Shown here: positions 12,167 to 21,954 of the stretch, one piece after another
Layout: the number at the start of each line of letters is the position of its first letter
How positions within the stretch are numbered: position 1 is the stretch's first letter
Assembly (NCBI GenBank): GCA_937625935.1
Contig: OW569388.1
Span: 336,225-400,224, forward strand
Reading direction: 5' to 3'
DNA from: Tetramitus jugosus
Lineage: Eukaryota > Protista > Heterolobosea
Length of the DNA: 64,000 nt
Program-made: the position numbers and the translations under genes
The notes under the pieces: model-generated
Told to the model about the DNA's origin: nothing
What the model saw: the letters and a program-made list of their open reading frames with translations, nothing else
Database searches by the model: none

Positions 12167-12493
12167 TTTAAGTGGTAGGCGGAGAAGAGGTCACGAGACA
12201 CTTCAAAGACTTTGTTAATTTTCGATAAAAGAAAAGTTGATACTACCTTTGTTTTATTTGCTCCAAGGTTGCATGTTGTTCCGTTCATGTTAAGGAAAGT
12301 GGAAGGGGAGAACATTGCTTCATTGTTCGAAAAGTTCATACCTCGAAGATCAACCTTTCAATTTTCGACAGTGAACACTGCAAAGAAAACTAAAAAACTT
12401 ATGTGTCCACTTTGTATTGTTGAGGGGTCGACTTTTAAAAGTCATGTGGAGCTCCAACTGGGAAAATCAGAAAAACGACCGTAAAAGTTGGTG

Positions 12494-13070
12494 GTCTTCT
12501 GGAGAGATTATCAGTCAAGAAAATTGCAGCAGGAAGGCAAACAGCTTATGCAGTTGCTGAAGATGGATTCTTGTATGCTTGGGGTGACAATTCATTCGGT
12601 CAACTCGGAATCAATTCAACAATTCCAATGTCAACAACGCCTGTGAGAGTCATTGGAATTCAAAACATCACCGTGCTTTCAGCAAGTGTTTGGTCAGACA
12701 GTGTTCAAGTCACAACAAGTGATGGATTGAGTTATGCTTGGGGAAACAATGCCAACAAGCACTTGAGTTTGGAAACAACAATGTCCAAAGTGCTGTTTCC
12801 TCATCCAACTTTCAGATTCGAGAATCAAACAAGTTTCATTGTTTCATTTTCATCAGGAAGTGCTCATTCATTGATGATTTACAATGGAACATATTGTTTT
12901 GGAATTCTTTCAGATGATGAGAATGCTTGTTCAAGGAGAGGAGCATGTGTTGGGCCAGATGAATGCTTGTGTGATGAAGGATATTTGGGCAATGATTGCA
13001 GCACCAATATCTGCTTCGGAAAACACCACACTGACCCGAGAGTCTGCTCGAGTCACGGAGCATGTGTCGC
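12494..13070 (+). pseudogene. Internal fragment of an RCC1-repeat/EGF-repeat surface protein gene
   Basis: KKIAAGRQTAYAV..YAWGDNSFGQLG, SSGSAHSL, CSRRGACVGPDECLCDEGYLGNDC; no start and no native stop; cut off in mid-EGF. Confidence 0.8.
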
Positions 13071-13123
13071 CAAAATTTTTATTCGGGCATTTGTTGTATT
13101 AAAAAAAAAAAGGAATATTTGGA

Positions 13124-13996
13124 CAGCTCAGCTGCACCCAAGCGTCGTGCAATTTCCCAAGACAGGTGGTAGTCCATGACATGAAGAACATGTCAGTGGG
13201 CGACATCAAGAAGCTACTGGGACCTGAGAACCCGCGGCTGACGAAAATCTGAACAGGAATAGAACCAAAAACGGATAAAGCGACAACCAGTAACAAATTG
13301 TTGATAAGAGGTGTTGAAACAAAATAGAAGATATCAAGCGTTTACACAAGGATAACAAGTTGGAACAAACCTGCAATCAACAATGTAACGATAGATGCTG
13401 TAATCTTACTCGTACCAGAACCTTGGTACACTGGGAGTGTTGGAAATCTAAGACCAGCAGTTTTCAAAGTCCTCTCCAACTTCTTTAGATGAGCCATCAT
13501 TTCAGAATAGCACATTCTACTCATACAGCTGTCAAGATCATACATTGCTGCTTCTAAATATAACATGTTGCATTTGTTGATAGCACAAGCATGCGCCAAA
13601 CCTACCTCAGCAATATATCTTGAACCAGTAGCAGAACGATAGACACAAATTCCTTGTTCAGCTCCAGCATTACATGCACATACAGCTCTATGATCATTGC
13701 AATCAGATGTAGTTGCACACATAGTTGAAGGTACTTGTAGAGCTTGGACGACTATGTGTTTATGTGGGAGGTCCGACCACGAAACGTCAAAAGATCTGCA
13801 GAGGGGCTTGAAGGTCTGATGGGAAAAGAGTAAGACTTTAGGGAGGATTATCGGGAGGAGCTGAAGCTTAGAGGACGCAAGAAGAAGGAAGCAGAGAAAA
13901 GGATGAAGGGAATCGTCGACTCAACCAAACGTGCCTGCATTAAGGCACAAGGTGTATATCAATTTGTTGTGAAGAGAAATGAAACACCGTATTAAA
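13124..13996 (+). mobile_element. Decayed non-LTR copy C: ORF1 scrap (13124-13340) and ORF2 3' end (13741-13995)
   Basis: RQVVVHDMKNMSVGDIKKLLG resembles ORF1 KKVVLHGVKGKTEDDIKAMLG; LEGLMGKE*..GRKKKEAEKRMKGIVDSTKRACIK aligns with ORF2 LQGMMGIE..GMKKPLAQKKAKTYVNSVKRRCLK; ends GTATT-A5. Confidence 0.7.
13342..13738 (-). pseudogene. 3' fragment of a Cys-rich protein with a hydrophobic (GPI-like) C-terminus
   Basis: 126-aa Cys-rich ORF ending ITASIVTLLIAGLFQLVILV*; no signal peptide; lies between two LINE-derived segments. Confidence 0.55.
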
Positions 13997-14046
13997 AACA
14001 AATTAACGGAGAACTACGTTTTATTGAACCACACATACTCGGGCTG

Positions 14047-15057
14047 TCAACTCACGATGCATCTGGTCTTTGTTTTTGATCGTTCTAGAACTGACTGTCG
14101 ATAGCATGAGTAAAACCTTCTCAACAAGAGATCAGACATGGCAGCTAGGTTGTCATGAGTGAATTCAAAATACTCCAAAGGCAAAATGTTGAATGATTGA
14201 GTACAATCCTTGAGGAACATCTGGATTGAGATTGGTGCATCTTGTGACCAAATTCCAACACCAACAATCAATACGCCTTGGCAAACACCTGACGATTCGA
14301 GCTTGAACATGGGTTTAGCTCTTTTGAGTACGGCTAAAGCCCTCGATAAAGAGTTTGAACGATAGTAGCTACAACATGATTGAGTGGTAGAATACGTGTC
14401 TTCGTTCCACGCATCTCTCGAGTCTACTGTAACCACCATGCAATGACTCCCACGATAATACATTCTCGAAATATCTTGAGGTCGCTCCGTTTGAAATCGT
14501 CCTGGACCACTCGTCCATATTTGAAAAACCATGTCAGTTATATCTGTCTGTCTGGATGCCATAGATAAGATCAAGAAATCACGTAATGGTCGAGTAAACT
14601 GGCCAACCGTTGGTATCACGAGCGTTTTGGTCACTAGGGCATCAACCACTGGTTCGTTCAACGAGAAATCGGGCACTAAGAACAGTACCTTTAATATCAC
14701 ATACTCGTCTTCCACGAACCCGTGCATTACTCTTTCAAATGGAAGACAATGATAAAAACGTATCCAGTGACACATGTATTCTCTCATTTCATCACAAGAA
14801 CAACCACAATTTGGATCCACAAGCGCATCCGAAGTCATTCGAGCTTCTCTGTCCAGTTCCAATATTGATCCCAAATTCATTTGTTCGACAAGGGCAGAAA
14901 AATCTCTATTGATAAGTTCTTGCCAGAGAGATGAACTGCGGTTCATGTGGTCATACGCAGTGCGATTCGTTTGACAATAGTGAACCATATCAGTCACTGG
15001 AAGAAAAAGCAAAATCTGGTTCAGTTCGTCCCAGCTCACACCCGTAATCCTCAACAT
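14047..15057 (-). CDS. F-box-like plus degenerate Ras/Rab-like GTPase domain protein
   Basis: WDELNQILLFLP..LWQELINRDF (F-box-like); FQIWT..ISRMYYRGSHCMVVTVD (G3 region); P-loop and NKxD degenerate; ATG 15057. Confidence 0.6.
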   Translation of the reverse strand: MLRITGVSWDELNQILLFLPVTDMVHYCQTNRTAYDHMNRSSSLWQELINRDFSALVEQMNLGSILELDREARMTSDALVDPNCGCSCDEMREYMCHWIRFYHCLPFERVMHGFVEDEYVILKVLFLVPDFSLNEPVVDALVTKTLVIPTVGQFTRPLRDFLILSMASRQTDITDMVFQIWTSGPGRFQTERPQDISRMYYRGSHCMVVTVDSRDAWNEDTYSTTQSCCSYYRSNSLSRALAVLKRAKPMFKLESSGVCQGVLIVGVGIWSQDAPISIQMFLKDCTQSFNILPLEYFEFTHDNLAAMSDLLLRRFYSCYRQSVLERSKTKTRCIVS

Positions 15058-15084
15058 TTTCAGTCTTGTTGTTTTTCTGGGCAC

Positions 15085-15203
15085 TGAAAAATTCCCAAAT
15101 TCCACTTTCTTTCTCCCGAGATCTTCCAACTGAAAAGTTCGTCATTCCAAGTTTCTCAACAACAAAACAACCATTGATCCAAGTGGAATTTGGGAATTTT
15201 TCA
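15085..15203. promoter_or_regulatory. Perfect 23-bp inverted repeat in a 170-bp divergent intergenic region
   Basis: TGAAAAATTCCCAAATTCCACTT (15085-15107) is the exact reverse complement of AAGTGGAATTTGGGAATTTTTCA (15181-15203). Confidence 0.6.
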
Positions 15204-15227
15204 CAACGACAAGTAAAGTCACACAAC

Positions 15228-16649
15228 ATGGGCACAGCAGCTTCTAACATCAATTATAGTCCCTACTATTCCTCGCCGGCCTATAGTACAACTACGACCC
15301 AACTACGACAATCATCTGATGATGATGAAACTGTCAATTTCTCCAGTGACAATATTCTTGGATTTGGAAACAATGCCAAGGGTCAACTCGGTCTGGGTGA
15401 TGATCTTGTTCAGTCAAGTCTTCGAGGTGTACACTCGGTACAGTACCATCATGTGAATCGAGAGGTCAATCTGGTGGCTACAGGTGGTTACTTTACAATA
15501 CTGGTGACTGGAACAAGGAATCAGCAAATGTTTGTCTGCGGAGAGAACAGTTATGGTCAATTGTTTATGAACCCAGAAACAGTGACAAAATTGACAACGT
15601 TTTCAGAGTTGGATGCGTCGCAACATCCTTGGTTGAAGCGAGGTGTTCGTGCCATTGGATGCGGTAGAACATGTACTATTCTTGTCACCATGGACCATCG
15701 TATTGTGAGTGTTGGGTCGAATTATGATGGTCAACTCGGTAGAACCGATTGTACTGCGGCTTTTGAGTGCAGTGAGCCACTAGGAGATGGATCTCTGGAA
15801 TTTGTAAAGGTGGCTTGTGGTATGAGGCACTCACTATTGTTGACAAGTGATGGAAGAGTGTTGTGCGCAGGGTCCAAGGGTTATTGCTCCACTGTTCCAG
15901 TAGGCAAAGCAGTGCCTGGATATGATGGTTGGAGATTTTTCCAGGATTTCGATTTGCCAAGGGATGGTTCTCCAGCTGCAAACAGCATCCAACCCACGGT
16001 TTTCGACCGATTCTTGAAGGGCCGTTCTTCGAGGAGTCCGAAGAGTGTGACAGATATTGCATGTGGTTTGTACTTTTCTGCCTTTTTGGTTGATAATCGT
16101 CAAGTATACGTATGTGGGTTCAATCGCGCAGGTGGACCCCAAAACAATACTCCAACATTGCTGTTCGATGCAACAACTGTTGGCTCTCAAGGTATCAAGT
16201 GTATGACTTGTGCAGGTAGAACTCTTGTGGTTCTTACAGAGGAAGCCGAAGTGTACATTCATGGTGAAGCACTAGCTTTCAATCACGAGTATCAAACAAT
16301 GACACACGTCTCCTATTCTTCACTCGGCATTCCACCCATTGATATTCGTTTGATTGCTGGTGGTGAACAACACATGATTTTTGTGACCTCCCAAAACCAT
16401 GTTTATGTGTGTGGCACGAACTCCTTTGGTCAACTGGGAGAGAACGTTTATACGACACAACACTTGGCCATTGGTCCATTGCGCGACATTAATCATAAGC
16501 TTGAACTTCATCGGAGAGAAGTGTTCCATGTGTGTTGTGGTGCCTACTTTACTCTTGTTGTATTGAAACGTCCGGTCAAGAATGAAAGACTGTGGACGTA
16601 TTGTCTGAAACAACAACTCACCGAAGTTGAAGTTTTCACACAGCACTAG
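15228..16649 (+). CDS. RCC1-repeat beta-propeller protein, possible N-myristoylation
   Basis: Starts MGTAAS; repeated GxNxxGQLG, VACGxxHS/FT motifs. Confidence 0.88.
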   Translation: MGTAASNINYSPYYSSPAYSTTTTQLRQSSDDDETVNFSSDNILGFGNNAKGQLGLGDDLVQSSLRGVHSVQYHHVNREVNLVATGGYFTILVTGTRNQQMFVCGENSYGQLFMNPETVTKLTTFSELDASQHPWLKRGVRAIGCGRTCTILVTMDHRIVSVGSNYDGQLGRTDCTAAFECSEPLGDGSLEFVKVACGMRHSLLLTSDGRVLCAGSKGYCSTVPVGKAVPGYDGWRFFQDFDLPRDGSPAANSIQPTVFDRFLKGRSSRSPKSVTDIACGLYFSAFLVDNRQVYVCGFNRAGGPQNNTPTLLFDATTVGSQGIKCMTCAGRTLVVLTEEAEVYIHGEALAFNHEYQTMTHVSYSSLGIPPIDIRLIAGGEQHMIFVTSQNHVYVCGTNSFGQLGENVYTTQHLAIGPLRDINHKLELHRREVFHVCCGAYFTLVVLKRPVKNERLWTYCLKQQLTEVEVFTQH

Positions 16650-17172
16650 AAACAACTGTGTTGGTGATTGACGTCTGAGAGATTAGTTTCGGAAACCATA
16701 CGGCCTGAGATAAAAATCTCTGGTCTTTATTCCTTTCTTCCCATCTCCTTCCTTTTGGTGAAGATGCAGGACTCGCGGCTTTTCTTTGATTTGACCACGT
16801 TTGTATCGAGATATCGGAATTTTATTGTCTAATCGTTGGTGACGTCTCTTGCATTTTGCTGACATCGCAAATTACTAATCTGGAACGTTCCACCAAAAAG
16901 AATTGGGCTTTTCGCTGTTCTAGCGTCGGGTCATCGCGAGCGCACATGGAAAATAACCAGAGGGGCTTTGAAGCTGAGCTACCTTTCAATCTTTGCATAA
17001 AAACCCAACAGCCACACTACCACCTTTCCTCCCAACAACAAAAACCAACCACCACCACTCATCACCCACACTCACTCACAACCACTCACCCATAACCATA
17101 ACCCTATCATCCTATCTTACCATCCAAAAGCTAAAGCTAAAACTATTACTTTCACACAACCAACACTCAAAC

Positions 17173-18280
17173 ATGCACTCCAAAAATAATCAACAACAAC
17201 TAGAACTAGAGCAACAACAACAGCAACAACATAAAGAACGTGCTCTGAAACAATTACATTATCAGATGGCACAAGAACAACATGAAGAAGAGATTTCACG
17301 GAGAGAGCTATACCATGCGAATCAACACTTGTTGAAACATGGATATTTTGGAATGACTCAATATGAATTTTTTTACACATTTGTGTGTTCACTGTTGGAA
17401 GTGGCTGGACAAGGTGATGAAACTCAAAAATTGATACACAATAACAACAAGAAGAAGAAGAGCACGGTAGCAAAATTGTTCACTTGTACGGATTGGGAGA
17501 CGATTGATCTTTTCACCTATGCGGAAAGGTAAGATTTTGTCCATTTTTCACCAAAGATTTTTTTTACGGTGTCGCGCATTTTTTCGTTTCCGCGGAATAA
17601 TGCTTTGACCCAAAATATCCGTAGTGACGTGAACCGTTTTCTAACCCGAATACCAAAAATAATTTCTCCTCTACTACAGAATATCCAGGTTTAGCTTTTG
17701 CGGACCAGAAATTTACGTGGCATCTCTCATTTACATTGATCGCCTCATGATGGCCAATTTTGAGGTTAGCTCTCAAACGATTCACAAGATTCTGCTCACA
17801 AGCATTGTCATTGCAAGCAAGTTCTTTGATGAAAAATACTTTGACAATGTCTACTTTGCTAGAGTAGGTGGTGTCTCAACCAAGGAGTTCAATCGATTGG
17901 AAATTGAGTTTTTAAAGCTCATTGACTATCGATTGCACATTTTGCCTCATGAGTTTACACAGTACACTGACTCTCTGTTGCATCTATTGTCATTGATTAT
18001 CAATAACAGTAACAATAACAACAACAATAATGCATCACATAGTGAGTCAGAAAGTGTCTCTACTGATCATGATACTGATGAACAAGAAAATGGCAGTCAT
18101 CATTCAGCTGGAGAAGAAGAATCAGAAGAGATTGCTGATGACTCTGAACACACAAGTGATGAATATGACTATTTTACAAGCAATGAGGAAGAAGAAGAAG
18201 AAGTGGATCATGACGGCTATTATCATCATCATCACTCGACAACACAAGAACAACAGCACAATTTTGTTTTTGCGTGCTAA
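17173..18280 (+). CDS. PHO80-like/cyclin P(U) cyclin, two exons (17173-17528, 17680-18280)
   Basis: AG|GTAAGA donor, CTAAC branch point, TACAG acceptor; the spliced product reads YAERISRFSFCGPEIYVASLIYIDR..ASKFFDEKYFDNVYFARVGG..EFNRLEIEFL. Confidence 0.9.
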
Positions 18281-18507
18281 GTTTTTTGTTAGATTTATAC
18301 ACTAGGCTCCACTTAAGATCACGTGAAAGAAACACTTGCGCGATAAGTTCTCTCTAAGGCGAATGTGTGTTCTCGTTTTGAATACTCACGTGAAATGTAC
18401 TTTAGATGTTCCACAATCATCCCTCCACAATAAATACTCTTGCTAGGTTTTTGATTGATTGAGCGTTGGTCTTTTTGATGGTTGTACAAATTTTATTTCC
18501 TTTGTTG

Positions 18508-20466
18508 TTAGAGTTGACTGTCTGGCATTTCTTCGTCATCTTCATCTTCGTCTGCTTCTTCCAGCATTCTTCGTTCCTCTTCGGTGAGATTCTCCAGGTC
18601 AATGTCATCCGTCAGGAGATCATCATCGTTATCTTCCATGAGTTCTTCTTCGTCACCGCCCTCTTCGTCTTCCTCTGGCATATCATTTTCGACATCATCT
18701 TCGTCGACATCAAACTCGTATGATACATTGCTCACTGCACTTGGCAATTCTGCTTCATCAGCACCTAGCATAAATCCTTCCTTTTCAGCACGAGCTTTGT
18801 ACACCTTCTCGAACCAAAGATCCGTTCCTGATTTGGAAGCGCCATCCACCGGACCGAGCTTCACTTCCTTGTCCTTTTGTAACAGTGCTTGCTGATAAAA
18901 CTTTTGAACGTCATCGATAAATTTGTCTGCCTTTGCTTCGTGCTCAAAAGTTTGCCACTCGTCATGCAGTCCCTTGGCAGGAGTAGGTTGTTGATACGTC
19001 ATCTGAGCATTGAGTCGACTAGAGTACTGCACGATATAGTACGGCAACACCAATTCAGTGTTTGTAACGGTAAAGGAGGTGAATTGGTTCACTTGATGTG
19101 GAGCGAGAACGAGCGACAGAATCAACTTTTGGTTCTCACCATTCTTGATGTGCGAAGACACTTGAGATGGCTCATAAAAGAAATTGATTGGCTTGTTTCT
19201 ATCGTATCCCTCTCTAGCAATACGCAACAAGTTATCGTCTGAATCATCAGCAATAGGAGCAAATGCCAGTATAGGCTTAAAATCCTTGAATTTCTTCTTG
19301 GCCTCAAATGCCATCTGTGCTCTGTTTCTTTCGAACCGATGAATCAAGTCGGGAGACACAATGTACTTGACTTCAGTTACCGTGTGACTTGATTTGTTCA
19401 CGAGCAGACGATGGAACTCTGATTCGGCCACTCTGAAATGAATATGTGAAACTTCATTTGCAAATGTTCGTTCAGGCTTGAACGTGAACAGTCTAAATTC
19501 TTCATTCTGAATGGCTTCGTACTCACCGGCCAAGAACAATCGATTCGATGTCATTTCATCTTCATCTATATTCTTGATACCTGATGTGAGATGAGACAAC
19601 ACTTGATGAGAATCTCTGTGCATTTGAACAGTTTTGTTCAGTTTGTCAATGGCTAGCTTCTCCATGGCAATTTGAGAGCTAATAATCATCTTTCTAGTGT
19701 TCAACAGATTGGTTAATGATTCATTGTCAGTCGTCTGTTTTTTGTTGTTAAAAAAGTGTAAGGTAATATCAGGCAACAGTTGATTCTCTTCATTCTTCTG
19801 TTGCTGTTGCGAGGAAGCAGAAGAAGTATTCTTGACCTTTTTCTTGATCATTTTCTTGATTTTTCGTGTGGGAATGCTTGGTCTCATAGGAAGCTTTCCA
19901 CCAGACAGCAGAGTTTCCAATGCTGTAGCTTCATCTCCGCCGCAGCAAATGAGAGCTTCCCTGATTTTTGTTTCATGGACATCAGTCAGGATCCCCTTGA
20001 TGGATCGAAGCTTGTTCTCATAGCCACGAACATTGTCTCTAATGTAACCTTCAATGTCCTCCTCTTCCACTTCAATCTCCTCTTCCACAAACTCAATTCG
20101 AATACCGCCTCCGCTATTGTCTTTCGTCTGATTGTCCGCAGTAGTCGTAGTAAAACCGGAGAAAAGATTGGCGAGTAATCCCGAATTTTTGTTCGTTGTA
20201 GGGGGAACTGTTGTAGTCGTAGCTCCGACAGAGACGTTGTCGTGTTGTGATTCGTTGATGGACCTTGTGACAAACTTGCTTCGTGCAATGTCCAAGTCAC
20301 GTTCCATCAAACACTTTAGTTTGACTGATTCTGTTCGAGAGAGTAATCTTGTCAATTCATCCAAGTCGGAACTTGAAAATTGACTCAGTATATCTTGATG
20401 CTGTAGTGTGTGACGTGTTACATGTTGGTTGGTACTGCTCGTACTACTAGCGACAGAGGTACTCAT
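18508..20466 (-). CDS. UBA/CUE-like plus degenerate PARP-like domain protein with acidic tail
   Basis: KIREALICCGGDEATALETLL (UBA-like); HFRVAESEF..VTEVKYIVSPDLIHRFE..ILAFAP..LILSLVL..LVLPYYIVQY follows the ART fold layout but lacks HGT. Confidence 0.6.
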   Translation of the reverse strand: MSTSVASSTSSTNQHVTRHTLQHQDILSQFSSSDLDELTRLLSRTESVKLKCLMERDLDIARSKFVTRSINESQHDNVSVGATTTTVPPTTNKNSGLLANLFSGFTTTTADNQTKDNSGGGIRIEFVEEEIEVEEEDIEGYIRDNVRGYENKLRSIKGILTDVHETKIREALICCGGDEATALETLLSGGKLPMRPSIPTRKIKKMIKKKVKNTSSASSQQQQKNEENQLLPDITLHFFNNKKQTTDNESLTNLLNTRKMIISSQIAMEKLAIDKLNKTVQMHRDSHQVLSHLTSGIKNIDEDEMTSNRLFLAGEYEAIQNEEFRLFTFKPERTFANEVSHIHFRVAESEFHRLLVNKSSHTVTEVKYIVSPDLIHRFERNRAQMAFEAKKKFKDFKPILAFAPIADDSDDNLLRIAREGYDRNKPINFFYEPSQVSSHIKNGENQKLILSLVLAPHQVNQFTSFTVTNTELVLPYYIVQYSSRLNAQMTYQQPTPAKGLHDEWQTFEHEAKADKFIDDVQKFYQQALLQKDKEVKLGPVDGASKSGTDLWFEKVYKARAEKEGFMLGADEAELPSAVSNVSYEFDVDEDDVENDMPEEDEEGGDEEELMEDNDDDLLTDDIDLENLTEEERRMLEEADEDEDDEEMPDSQL

Positions 20467-20783
20467 TTTTTTTAGTTGTTGCCAATGTCTGTTTGTTCTG
20501 TTATTTGTTTATTTTCGCAATGTTCAAAGTGATGGTGCACTTTGCTTTTTGCCCTTCAGCAGCTACTTGTTCTTGTTGTTCGCATCGTGAACGAACAACA
20601 CCAGAACTCCACATTTTTTTGACGTGGTCTGTTTTTACACTGGTGCGTCGCTGTTTCTGATCGAAAAATGTTCAATTGTGAAAAATCACTCACACCACGT
20701 ACGTTTCATGCTCATAGCTCAATTTGTGTCAATCCCATTGGATCATCGTCATTCGTTTACTCTTCTCATCAACGACCATCGCA

Positions 20784-21848
20784 TCACAGTAAAACTCCCT
20801 TGGCAAAGCTATGAGCACCAACAAATCCCTTGAAACCAATGTATTGTACATCGATATTGTTGCCTTCAGATCCAATTCTAGATCCAGTCAAATGAATCGT
20901 AATGTACTTTCCCCATCGAGGCACTCTCAACGGTATCATTGTACAATAGTTTTTGTCTTGTAACGAAAACGTACAACACCGATTCTCTTGACTCAAATCT
21001 CTCTCGTCATCCGTTTGATCATCATTATCACTCTCATCATCATCATTGTTACTACTATTGCGATCCAAATGACGCAAAGAATGATGAATATAAATAGATC
21101 CTGTACCAACAGGTGAAGTATAACCGAATTCTGGTGCTTTAATGAGCACATGAGTCAACACAAAGTGTTGTTCCTGTTCCTGCTGTTCTTGTCTCTGTTC
21201 TATATCATCCAAATTTTGATATTCAAATTCTTCATTTTCTTCTTCCATTTCTTCATCATTTTGTTCTTCTTCTTCTTCTTCTTGTTGTTGTTGTTCAGTA
21301 TTCAATGTAGTTTGTGGTAATGGTTGTTGTTGTGGTTGATCACACAATAATTTTTCAATATCTAATCGAACAATCATTTTCACATCCAGAGTACGACTCG
21401 TACAGTAGACGGAAGAGTCTGGTGCGAGTGCATTTTCAGCGGGATAGTCTCTACTGAATTGACCACCATTGGATGAGATGAGTTTCATGGGTAACCATAC
21501 ACATTGACTATGAGAAGGCATTCGTAAAGTACTACTACTACTACTACTGGTGGTAGTGGTAAGAGGTGGAGTGTGAAGGATCATGGGTGATGATGATTGA
21601 TGATGATGACTAGTAGAGTTTGTTCTTGTGTTGTGAACAAGAGTCATAGTAGTGGAATGGTTGTTGTTGTTGGTTGTGATCAAACGAATTGCGTTCGTTG
21701 TGAGCTTGTCAGTTTTTTTTGGTGCACAGTGGAATGAAAAGAACGAGCTTGAAGAGTTTTTTTTGTCATCGGGGATTTTCGAATGTTGATGGCGCGAAGA
21801 GAAATTCGTAGACGTATGGGTATTGAGCGACTTCTTGTCATGGGTCAC
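20784..21848 (-). CDS. Galactose-binding/discoidin-like fold protein with low-complexity inserts (true start probably later, near 21647)
   Basis: GGQFSRDYPAENAL..YCT, THVLIKAP, GKYITIHL, NIDVQYIGFKG interrupted by Q/E/D runs. Confidence 0.55.
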   Translation of the reverse strand: MTHDKKSLNTHTSTNFSSRHQHSKIPDDKKNSSSSFFSFHCAPKKTDKLTTNAIRLITTNNNNHSTTMTLVHNTRTNSTSHHHQSSSPMILHTPPLTTTTSSSSSSTLRMPSHSQCVWLPMKLISSNGGQFSRDYPAENALAPDSSVYCTSRTLDVKMIVRLDIEKLLCDQPQQQPLPQTTLNTEQQQQEEEEEEQNDEEMEEENEEFEYQNLDDIEQRQEQQEQEQHFVLTHVLIKAPEFGYTSPVGTGSIYIHHSLRHLDRNSSNNDDDESDNDDQTDDERDLSQENRCCTFSLQDKNYCTMIPLRVPRWGKYITIHLTGSRIGSEGNNIDVQYIGFKGFVGAHSFAKGVLL

Positions 21849-21954
21849 ATTTTGAGTTCTTTGCTAGTTCCCCTTCCTTGTTCTGTTTTCATGGGAGTCT
21901 AACATGTTTGATTCGTTGTTTGTTGTTTGATCAAACCAAACAAGCAAAATCTCC

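Larger units (their letters stand above)
7905..12493. mobile_element. CACTA/EnSpm (CMC superfamily) DNA transposon, probably inactive
   Basis: Termini CACCAACATTT..AAAAGTTGGTG (imperfect TIR), flanked by GTC on both sides; subterminal TCGACTTTTAAAAGT (7980, 12428) and AAAAGTT motifs; divergent accessory ORF and Tnp2-type transposase. Confidence 0.75.
6934..13111 (+). mobile_element. Non-LTR element copy B: ORF1 only, interrupted by a DNA transposon and a host fragment, ending in TTGTATT-A11
   Basis: ORF1 homologue at the 5' end; tail TTGTTGTATT(A)11 at 13091-13111 resembles copy A TGGTTGTATTT(A)17; followed by GGAATATTTGGA, identical to 1601-1612. Confidence 0.65.
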
